Assembly (NCBI GenBank): GCA_903953935.1
Contig: CAJBLF010000015.1
Coordinates: forward strand, 1,039-65,038
DNA from: an uncultured bacterium
GTDB taxonomy: Bacteria; Patescibacteriota; Gracilibacteria; Absconditabacterales; Absconditicoccaceae
Reading direction: 5' to 3'
Length of the DNA: 64,000 nucleotides
The translations under genes and the position numbers were made by a program. Below the pieces are notes generated by a model, which worked only from the letters and a program-made list of their open reading frames with translations, searched no databases and was not told where the DNA came from. This document shows, piece after piece, positions 55,229 through 64,000 of this stretch (positions within the stretch are counted from its first letter, which is position 1; each line of letters starts with the position of its first letter).

Positions 55229-55268
55229 ATAAACGATTAAACGATAAAATGATGAAATGATAAAACGA
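55229..55268. repeat. Tandem 8-mer array (ATAAACGA TTAAACGA TAAAATGA TGAAATGA TAAAACGA) abutting the fusA start
   Basis: Same family as 351-382. Confidence 0.8.
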
Positions 55269-55322
55269 TGTATATGCGTTTTACTGGATTTTTCTTGTAT
55301 AAAAAAAACTCCTATTGGACTC

Positions 55323-55350
55323 TATATAGGCAATCGCCGGTTTATTTCAA
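55323..55350 (-). promoter_or_regulatory. Sigma70-like promoter TTGAAA-16 nt-TATATA for fusA
   Basis: On the minus strand, TTGAAA is at 55350-55345 and TATATA at 55328-55323. Confidence 0.45.
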
Positions 55351-55360
55351 GAGAAACTAC

Positions 55361-55395
55361 TAAATTAACTAATAACTAATAGTTAACAACTAACA
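55361..55395. repeat. Heptamer array TAAATTA ACTAATA ACTAATA GTTAACA ACTAACA
   Basis: Read directly. Flanks core motif copy C on the left. Confidence 0.75.
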
Positions 55396-55411
55396 ATGAT
55401 GGAATTATTTA

Positions 55412-55443
55412 TTTACTGACTATCGCAATCTACAATAGTCCAT
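55412..55443 (+). promoter_or_regulatory. Conserved intergenic core motif, copy C (TTTACTGACTATCGCAATCTACAATAGTCCAT)
   Basis: 28/32 identical to copy B. Here it points into the 3' end of gatC, i.e. antisense. Confidence 0.4.
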
Positions 55444-55459
55444 ATTAAAGCAAATCTCT

Positions 55460-55494
55460 CACTGTTCACTGTTAGTTATTCACTGTTCACTGAT
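55460..55494. repeat. Heptamer array CACTGTT CACTGTT AGTTATT CACTGTT CACTGAT
   Basis: Read directly. Flanks core motif copy C on the right and ends 1 nt before the gatC stop. Confidence 0.8.
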
Positions 55495-55495
55495 T

Positions 55496-55789
55496 TTAAG
55501 ATAATACTGATTTTATAACTATGGAATTATTGACCAACTCATGTTTCACATTTTTCAAGATTTTTTTACCATCTGAACTTTCTTTATTTCCCGTAATAGT
55601 TCTAAGCGTAAACTTCTCTTCCGCAATTTTCAATTTTCAATTCTCAATTTTCAATTTTGGTTCTGGGAGCTGTCCAAGAAATCCTATAATATCGCTGAGT
55701 TGTGCTCAAAGTTTCTCTTCTTGCTGAGGAGAAAGTGCAATACAAGAAAGCTTCTGAAGACGTTTTATTTCTTGAGTAAAATCAACCAT
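55496..55789 (-). CDS. gatC: Asp/Glu-tRNA amidotransferase subunit C
   Basis: 97 aa: ..IKRLQKLSCIALSPQQEEKLgAQLSDIIGFLGQL..LRTITGN..ILKNVKHELVNNSIVIKSVLS. TAA at 55496. Confidence 0.7.
55625..55659 (-). repeat. Heptamer array (plus-strand reading AATTTTC AATTTTC AATTCTC AATTTTC AATTTTG) inside gatC
   Basis: In frame on the minus strand it encodes PKLKIENgKLKI. Confidence 0.85.
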
Positions 55790-55844
55790 CGGTAGAATAA
55801 AGATAAAGTGATTTGAGTATATCAAAACGACACATAGTTTCAAC

Positions 55845-56070
55845 AAAAAAAGTCCTCTAAAATTTGCACATCATCCTCCAAAAGTATATTTCATGATTTT
55901 GGTTGAATGATGGGTAAAATTCACATAAAAAAAGTCCTCTAAAATTTACAATCATCCTTCAAAAATATATTTCATTGTTTTTGAGTGAATTATGGATCAA
56001 ATTTGATCATATAAAAAAGTCTCTCAAAATTTGACAAAATACCACCCACCCTATATACTTATTATACGAT
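55845..56070 (+). repeat. Three tandem direct repeats of 82-86 nt, each starting AAAAAAGTC(C/T)CT(A/C)AAAATTT(G/A)(C)A
   Basis: Units start at 55845, 55927 and 56013. The third is truncated and carries the best promoter. Confidence 0.75.
56031..56059 (+). promoter_or_regulatory. Sigma70-like promoter TTGACA-17 nt-TATACT (in repeat unit 3)
   Basis: Read directly. Units 1 and 2 have TTGCAC/TTTACA with only a 15-nt spacer to TATATT. Confidence 0.55.
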
Positions 56071-56181
56071 GAACAATCGGGAATGATATTTAAGAATGCT
56101 TAGCATTCCTTAAATTCTACTATCTACCAAAATGGGGGTGTGATAGACTACACAAAAAACTACCTTTGAGGTAGTTTTTTT
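56066..56181 (+). ncRNA. Candidate small RNA (about 115 nt) between the promoter and a bidirectional terminator
   Basis: Internal hairpin GAATGCT-T-AGCATTC. Terminator TACCT-TTG-AGGTA followed by a T7 run at 56161-56181. The only reading frame is about 14 codons. Confidence 0.3.
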
Positions 56182-56207
56182 GTTAACGATATTTTTACTT
56201 TATCCAA

Positions 56208-57290
56208 CTATTTTTTTTCGGTGTGATGTTGGTGATGAGGATCATGTGGATGATGTATATGGTGCGGATGATGTGCTTCGTGTGCATGTGTATGATGAGC
56301 ATGATGTACCGCTCTCTTCTTTCTTCTTTTTTTCTCCTGTGACAACAACATTATTATACCGCCAAAGAGGATAATAAGCATAACTACAACATATCAGATC
56401 ACCTTTCACATTCAAATTACCGTTTCCTGTTGTATCGTTCAATTAACCTGTGCTGGAGTATCGAAACTAAATGGCGTATTGTTGATGGTGAATTTTATTT
56501 TTAAATTGTATGGTTGAACCTCTCAAATGTTTTTGGTGATTACTAGTAATTCTCCATTGAGAATTTTACGAGATTCTACAAACGTATCATTGTATCATAA
56601 AATATTAGAGATATCTCATGTAATCATAACATCTTGTTCTACTGATGAGACATTGTGAATTTTAATCTGAACAACATAGGTATTGTCCGTAGTGTCTTTG
56701 TAAATTCTGACTTTGGGATCATTGGAAATATTTTCTCCGTCCGCATTACTAAACTCTTCCAACACTATTCCTGTCCCTTGCACGATAGTTTTAAGATTAC
56801 CGAGAAACACGTCTATAAATTTTGCTTTGCGCATAATAATAGTAAACCCTGATATTGTATTTGGTTTATCTTCTACCAAAGAATATACTATACATCCATG
56901 AAACAATCCATTCATGCCCGTGGCATATAACAGTTTAGCCTCTCTTTTGACCGTTTCTCATCCTTTCAAAGCAACAATTTGACCACTATTGGTCACATAT
57001 TTTCCAAACTTTTCTACATCATCATCACTAAGACATGCTTTATTCTGCTGTTGATCATTGGTAAACGTACCATCGATAAATCATACTTTTACCTTAACGG
57101 ACGCATCTGAAGCATTTGTTATAGTATAACAAATCCCTGTCGTGACACCTGAATCTAGATGATAAGTCAGCGTACTTTCTTTAGTAGTACAAAAATCGAG
57201 AGAAATGTTGGCTAAATTAGCAGCATGTGTTCGTCCAACAAATAGCCCTACAAGTGGCAATGTCCAGAGAAATTTTTTCATAGCGAACAT
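56208..57290 (-). CDS. Secreted surface protein with C-terminal TM anchor and His-rich cytoplasmic tail
   Basis: Track ORFs at 57081 and 56616 and the tail share one frame, linked by TGA. Signal peptide MKKFLWTLPLVGLFVGRTHA. C-terminus YVVVMLIILFGGIIMLLSQEKKRRKKRAVHHAHHTHAHEAHHPHHIHHPHDPHHQHHTEKK. TAG at 56208. Confidence 0.6.
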
Positions 57291-57396
57291 AAAAAAATAA
57301 AGAACTATGTGATGTGATTTTTTATAGGAAACTCCATTTCATATTCAACTCAAATATACATTTGATATTTCATGTATTCTTTGGATAGTCGAGTAT

Positions 57397-57422
57397 AAAA
57401 AAATCTCCAGAATACCTGGAGA
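57397..57422 (-). terminator. Rho-independent terminator
   Basis: TCTCCAG-AATAC-CTGGAGA, with a T7 run on the minus strand. Confidence 0.75.
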
Positions 57423-57431
57423 CCTATCGTT

Positions 57432-58076
57432 TTATAGATGTTTTTTTGTCTGGTATTCTTCCCATTCCATAATCATAGTACCGAATGATCTTTCAAACAG
57501 TATAATATACTGTCCGTTTTCTTCAACAATACCCCCATTATAGACAACGTTTATACGTTTCTCAGGAAACAGCGTACACAATGCAAATGCCATACCCAGC
57601 TCGATATGTGTCGCATACAGTCGCTTAGGATGATACTCTATAGGAATAATTTCCTTTCGCATCATCTCTTCAAGCTTCTTGAACCATGCATTATATCCTC
57701 CGAACTTTTCATCAAAAATCCTCTGCAAATGCAGTATATTCAAAGGATCATCAGCGGAATATGCAATCATATGAAACAGCTTCTCCGGATGTAGATAAAT
57801 ATCTACGAATTTCACTCCGATATCAAAGTGAGAACCTTCGGATTTTCCATCATAAAATACGTGTGTTTCTGCAGCAGCAATATTTACTGTAGTGTTTTGT
57901 ACACATATTTCATGTCCGCTTCCGGATTGGTTTGTATCCAAATGAGGAAGATGGACTTTATATCCTTGTGATTCTAACTTTTGTTTGTATGCTACCAATT
58001 CCTGTCGTGTAGCATCATCTGCTTTTCTTACCGAACAGATGATAAATACCGATTTTTTTTCTGTTTTTGGTTCCAT
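57432..58076 (-). CDS. Nucleoside 2-deoxyribosyltransferase/DNPH1-like protein (no TGA)
   Basis: VFIICSVRKADDATRQELVAYKQKLESQGYKVHLP and SEGSHFDIG resemble the Rcl/DNPH1 pattern (CGSIRGG.., S.G.G.E.G). A second, degenerate half has HIELGMAFAL. Confidence 0.4.
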   Translation of the reverse strand: MEPKTEKKSVFIICSVRKADDATRQELVAYKQKLESQGYKVHLPHLDTNQSGSGHEICVQNTTVNIAAAETHVFYDGKSEGSHFDIGVKFVDIYLHPEKLFHMIAYSADDPLNILHLQRIFDEKFGGYNAWFKKLEEMMRKEIIPIEYHPKRLYATHIELGMAFALCTLFPEKRINVVYNGGIVEENGQYIILFERSFGTMIMEWEEYQTKKHL

Positions 58077-58109
58077 ATATTTCTATGTTTGTGTTTGTTA
58101 CTATTAGTG

Positions 58110-60488
58110 TTATTTTACTTTTATTGTGATTGTTCCATCAATAGTTGGCTGATCTTTATATACTACTGCAGACCTTACCAAATATGTACCTGCTTGGGCA
58201 TACACATGCGTTATTGAAGCACATTCTTGTCTGGTATTACATGTCATTGTTTTCCCATCACCAAAATCCCAACGGATCTCTGATGGCAATCCATTGAATT
58301 CTATAGAAAATCCTACTCTATCTCAGATGTTCGCTACTTGCGCTGGATAATCGGGTATACTTATGATCAATTTCTGAATTGCTCTTTTGACTATAATATC
58401 ATTTTCTGGTGATACAGAAATCTCACGACCTTTTTTTGTTTTGATAATAACTACTGGATGGTAGTTTCCGTTATTGGTCTTGGTATCATATCTATAGGTA
58501 TGAGAAATAATAGATTCGGAAGAATTTTTGATCATCGATCCTGTTCCATCGCCAAAATCCCACGTGAATGACACCAATTCATCACCAGTATCGTTGAGTA
58601 CTGTCGTCGATGCATCAAATTTCACGGTAAATGGATCCATACCTACAGTATCAGGTGTCACCACTAATTTTCCTACAATATCGGCTCTATTGATACTAAC
58701 TGGGAGTTTTGTTTCTGTCTTAGCACCACTCTGCTTATCTTCCACTACTATCAAAACCTCATGGTCTGCACTATCATCAATAGTAAATTCAAACGTATTT
58801 CCATCTACAGAGATTATCTGCTTAGCATCTACAAAAATCTTCTTGGTAGCTGTCGGTGTATTTGGCACAATCTGATTAATCTGAATTTTGATGATAGTAG
58901 GAATCTCTGTCAACACCAATTCTCCTGAAACCATTGAGACAATACCTTGAGTACCTACTTTCTGAAATTGTGGTGATTGAGATGACTTAAAATACGTATC
59001 GTAATTTATCTGAAAATCACTCACTCCAATTTGCACATCATCACTCTCACATTGTCCTTGTTTATCATCTTCTGTGATGAAGGTATTTTGGATTGCATAT
59101 AAACCTGCACTATTAAATTGATAGCTAAATGTTCCGTTATTGTTTTTTATCGTATCAATAGATACATCCTTCTTATTTCTATCAAGCACATCAAACTGAT
59201 ATGTTGTTATATTTATAGTTTTATCAAAGAAATTTGTAGTCACCGTATAATTTTTTCCCTCACTTTTGGTGACAATAACTTCACATACAGGGACATCTGA
59301 TTGCTCTACCCTAACAGGAAATGTATAAATATACTCATTGAGCGCTGGAAACCTAACAAATACATTATATAATTTTGCCTCATTGTATACAAAGGTAGTC
59401 GATACATTATTTTGCTTGTCTGGCGTACCATCACCATCAAAATCCCAGATAATGTTATAATCACTAAGTCCGAGATCTTTGAATACTGCACTTGCATCAA
59501 ACATCACTTTACTTGGGGCTTTGCCCAAAACCATTTCTGTCTTTGCATCATTGAAAGATAAATCCATTTTGGTTGGACTTATAGTTATTTCAGAATCGAA
59601 TATGATAGATCATCCAGAAAATGTTTTTTGAAGTCTTTCTGATGTAGGGATGTTTGTATAACTAGTATCTAAATTGAGGAGATATTCGCCTTTTTTGAAA
59701 TACACGCAATATCCATCAAATTCTGACGTGGTAAAATTCAGAGTAAGTTTTTGTCCATTTCCACAGTCCAAAAGTATCTCAGTAAAATTTGCCTGACCGA
59801 GTGAAGGAAGTATTTGTGAATTGAAGTAATTGGTATTGAGCTTGTAGTACAAAGTTGCCGGTGCTATGAGATTGAGATTTGGCGTGGTGCGGGTATATTT
59901 GGTCCCATCCTTCAATTGTAGGTATGGCATAATTAATTTGTCACTGTCTAGAATATTATCCACAGAAAAATTACGCACCATGGTGATTACTCTCGCTCAC
60001 AAAACAATGGCGAAAATAAAAATCAAAAATCAAAACATAGTACCTATGATATATCATATTTTTGATTTATTCTTGACGCTAATCAATCTATAGAGATTGG
60101 TAACAAACAATCCTATACCCAAAAACGTCAACAGTCCAAAAAACAATACAGAAAATGTCTGCAACAGTGTTTTTGTAGTATTGGGATCCAATCCTACACT
60201 TGTCAACTGAGTTGGATTATTGATAAGATTGTAGAATACGAGTGCTAATCACCCTACAACGAACATAAACAATACACCACATCAGATTAGCACGGTCTTT
60301 ATAGACATCTTTGAGGTAGGTTTGGTAATATTTGCTGTCTGTTGGGGACGGACGGGAGCTTGCTGTACCGGCGCTTGTTGAAATGGAAATTGCGGAGCTG
60401 GTGGTGGTGTTCCCATTGGTGGCATCTGAGGATTTGCCTGAGGTTGTACTCATTGAGGAGAAACTGTTTGTGGAATCTGATCGACCAT
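58110..60488 (-). CDS. Membrane protein with Pro/Gln-rich N-terminus, TM helices and PKD-repeat ectodomain
   Basis: 792 codons in one frame from ATG 60488 to TAA 58110. PKD signatures IWDFDGDGTPD, TWDFGDGTG, RWDFGDGKT. N-terminus MVDQIPQTVSPQgVQPQANPQMPPMGTPPPAPQFPFQQAP. Confidence 0.7.
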
Positions 60489-60722
60489 TTCATAAAACTA
60501 ATGATAAATACTCATTAACAGATACTGCATTATTTCAGCTTTGAACTTTATGCTTTCGGCTAAAATATAACATTTGAGGGGTAAAATTCAACAGTAGTTG
60601 TATGGTAGTTGTGTGTCACCTACCACATCATTTTTTTCTAAAAAAACAAGTTAAAATTACCGCATATCTTGGAATATTTGCAAATCTTTTTGTTGGGCTA
60701 TATAATAGTAGATAAGTACTTT

Positions 60723-63700
60723 ATGTTACTCAAAAAACCAATCATGGAACAAGAAAAGCAAGCATTCTTTCCAAAACTCATTAGCATTCTCTTGATAGCT
60801 ATGGGAATCTTTCTAGGTTTCTACGCCTTTTTTGCTAATGCTACTACGCGGACTTTGCCTGGATGAGCAACATGGAACAATAAGAACTATCTCACATGAT
60901 TGTTTCGAGACAACGCCCCAACCACTGGCGATATTATCACTGCACTGTATGGAAGTGGCGCAGAAGCAACTGCTTACACCAAAAATCGATCTTCAAATGT
61001 TTGCGATCCTGCTGCCATGGTAGTAGATTATATATATCCTGGGCCAGATACTATTCCACAATCATTGATACATAACACCATATACGTACTAGCATCATGA
61101 AATTATGTATTATCTCAGTGAATTACCACAGACACATCTTGTGTTGCTATAATTGGTAATTGAAACGTAAAATTGTATTCAAGTGGTTATCTCGATGCTA
61201 TGATTTGGATGGATGTACAACCAAATGCGATATTTGACAACATTGATATAGATGGGACAAATAATGGTTTATGAGTCAACCATACTCCTAATAATTATTG
61301 AATAAAGTATCAGGGTTGAACACATTCACACACAATAAACAATATAAAAGCACATCATAATAATTTTTGAATATATTATAGTGATGCTACTCGTGACACC
61401 ATAAGCAATAGTCAAATTTACAACAATTCTTACTGAATAGTTTTTGATGGAGCTTCTTACAACAATGTAAATACTAGTCAAATATATAACAATAGTGAGT
61501 GAATATATTTAGAAAATATATCAAACTATAATACTATTGCCGATGCTCATATTTACAATAATGATAATTGAATAAACATATCTAGTGGCCATAATACCAA
61601 CAACAATATACACACATCTCAGATTCATAACAATCAAGATAAATGAATTTATTTAAACAGTTGATCTAGCAATAGTATTGTTGACTCTCAAATTTACAAT
61701 AATGATAATTGAATTTATTTAGACAATAGTACCAATAACAACATCAATAATGCTATTATTTATAACAACAATGGCAATTGAATACTTTTCAATAATTCCT
61801 CATATAACAGCATCAACAATTCTCAAATCTATAATAGCCAAAATGGAATATATTTAAATTCTAGTCCAAACAACATTATCAACAATTCTCAAGTCCATAA
61901 TAACAACAATGGAATACCTTTATTTACCAATTCCAATAATAATATATTACATAAGGTAGAATCATATAATAATAATTTTTGAATTTGGATAAGCAATTCT
62001 ACTAATACTAGATATTATGATACCCTCTTATTATTTTGAAATTGAACTAATATTGTTGGACCTTGAACAGCAATCATTTCATGATCTAATAGTGACATTA
62101 CAGGTTCTATGCTTTCATTAAACGATTGAGTATTAAGTACCTGATGAACTATGGATTGCTCTCGAATCACCAATCCCACTACCTGATGAATATATTTACA
62201 GACATGAGATTTATGTACTAGCACATGACAAGTAGTATCATGGATATGAAACACAGCGAACAATTATAGATACTGAAGCAATGTACTTGCACAGAAACGT
62301 CCTGCACACCGAAGCTGATGAACTATCGCATTATATTGAATACTATGATCAGACTATGATACCGGCAGATATATCTGACAATACTGACCAATCGGATGAA
62401 CATTCAACATCAACAACAATACTGGTATAACATATACAACGAATGTTACTTTTTACAATACCGTTACTTGAGGAAGCAGCGTAACAGTTACTGATCTAGA
62501 ACATTGGGAGTTTATGAGCGAAAGTTATTGACCATCATTTAGTTATCTTCTTTACTGAGGCACAACCTGATTAAAAACAATTTATGCAGATTTTTCTGGC
62601 ACAAATTGAACCTTTATGGCCATGGATACTATCATTTATGATATTCCTGATACTACTCCGAATCAATTTAACTTTACTGCAATGACTGGAGTAGAATTAA
62701 ACACATTATATACATCTAATGTTATTACCATAACTTGAATAACTCCATGATTTTTTACTTGAGTATCTATAAATACTTGAAGTTTATTTAAAAATTGAAT
62801 CAATATTAATCAATCTTGAACTGGTTGAAATGGAGATCAATTTTATATAACATTACAATCTAGTGATACCTATTACACAAAAACAATTTCAACGATAAAT
62901 ATATGATGAGTAACTGGAAATTTTGAAATAGAGACTATTATGGATACTCCCATTCCTCCTTCTTGAGGTTGAATGGTACGAGAAAACAATAATTTTATTG
63001 ATAGTACTTTTTGGTCACAATCCCCAACATCTTGAGATATTATAATTGCTTTATATGGTATAAATACTTGAGACGAAACAGCATATACACAAAATCGATT
63101 TAACAACAATTGTAATCCAGCATATATAAACCTAGTATATAAGGATCCATGAACAAACACGCTACCCCAACAACTAAGTAATAATACCATCTATATCCTC
63201 AATTCTGGTAATTATACTATAAGTTATGTTAATTGATTATGGATGAGTGGATGTACTGCTATAGTTTGATCCGGTAATGTCACTATATATAGTACGGGAA
63301 CATTAAATTCTTATGCTATGATTTATGCTAGCTGAAGACAAAACAATATCATAGACAACATAATGATAGACTGACTATCCAATGGAAGTGGAGGTACTCA
63401 CACAAAAAACAATCACTGAATTTATTTAGAACATTCTTCAGGCAATAGTATCAACAATTCTCAATTCTATAATAATGGTAGTTCATTATCCTTGTACAAT
63501 AGTTCAAACAATAGCATTAGCAATTCTCAAGCTTACAATAATACGTATTATTGAATATATATTTGAAATAGTTCAAATAATAGCATTAGTTATTCTCAAG
63601 CTTACAACAATAATTCTGCCTGAATATACCTCTATAATTGCTCAAATAATAGTATTAGCTACTCTCAATCATACAACAACATAAATGATTGAATATATTT

Positions 63701-64000
63701 ATCAACTAATTCGAACAACAATAATATAAACAATTCTCAAACTTACAATAACACTAGTGCTTGAATACATTTAGTATCTAGTTCAAACAACAATAGCATA
63801 AATAACTCTCAAGCTTATAACAACATGAGTTATTGAATATATTTGGTAGCTAGTTCAAGTAATAATAGTATAAACAACTCTCAATCCTATAATAATCCAT
63901 ATTGAATATATCTACAGTCTAGTTCAAATAATAATAGCATAAACAACTCTCAATTCTATAATAATCTCTATTGGATTTATATAACTAGCTCTACGGGTAA
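60723..64000 (+). CDS. Giant right-handed beta-helix (PbH1-type) repeat surface protein, 5' part; runs off the right edge
   Basis: N-terminal TM/signal. Repeats of about 22-24 aa of the form S.NNSI.NSQ.YNN..gIYL. More than 1090 codons in one frame with no TAA or TAG. The minus- and plus-strand track ORFs inside it are artefacts. Confidence 0.7.

Noticed and set aside
55845-56070. CRISPR array (also considered for the heptamer arrays)
   Set aside because: The units are contiguous with no unique spacers, only three units are present, the heptamer units are far too short, and no cas genes are in the window.
56242-56442. 66-aa track ORF (MNDTTGNGNL..) as a separate small gene
   Set aside because: A different frame is continuous with the upstream 57290 gene under table 25. 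That frame yields a coherent TM anchor plus a basic and His-rich tail.
1-64000. TGA=Trp (table 4, Mollicutes-type) as the alternative code
   Set aside because: TGA falls on invariant glycines: the P-loops GxxxxGKS/T, GGQ, GGSTITQQ and DxGGG. Tryptophan positions use TGG (e.g. DEAW, WDFGDG).

Overview
AT-rich bacterial chromosome segment that is only coherent if TGA is read as glycine (translation table 25, known from Gracilibacteria/BD1-5 and Absconditabacteria/SR1). The supplied six-frame track uses the standard code, so it is fragmented. Joining same-frame fragments across TGA gives about 57 tightly packed genes, all ending in TAA or TAG. In evidence strings, lower-case g marks a Gly encoded by TGA.

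Gene content:
- Housekeeping: glyA, pheT, mutS, a Dus-family synthase, secG, prfA, pyrG, fusA, gatC, a cold-shock protein, an RsuA/RluB-type pseudouridine synthase, a SpoU methyltransferase, mtgA.
- Envelope and cell-contact genes: PilB/GspE ATPase; a VirB4-like ATPase followed by a polytopic membrane protein and a Cys-rich repeat protein with a TrbC/VirB2-like tail; a PKD-repeat membrane protein; a beta-helix repeat protein of more than 1090 codons that runs off the right edge; a GH26-like hydrolase; NlpC/P60; several lipoproteins.
- Other: two tandem GH3-family genes, a PriA lacking its N-terminal half, and many hypotheticals.
- No rRNA, tRNA, CRISPR array or transposase was recognised by eye.

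Most unusual observations:
1. An ORF-free, GC-richer 1.2 kb locus (6085-7315, minus strand) that looks like two promoter/terminator-bounded RNAs. One carries a hairpin whose loop nearly copies the 23S sarcin-ricin loop.
2. A dispersed TGAAAAT-type heptamer microsatellite in spacers and also in frame inside pheT, mutS (twice), dus and gatC. It can only sit in ORFs because TGA is sense.
3. 7-8 nt tandem arrays directly upstream of many start codons.
4. A conserved 32-nt intergenic core motif and a triplicated promoter-like repeat.
5. Strong gene-to-gene differences in TGA use.

All calls come from manual translation and motif recognition. No database search was run.
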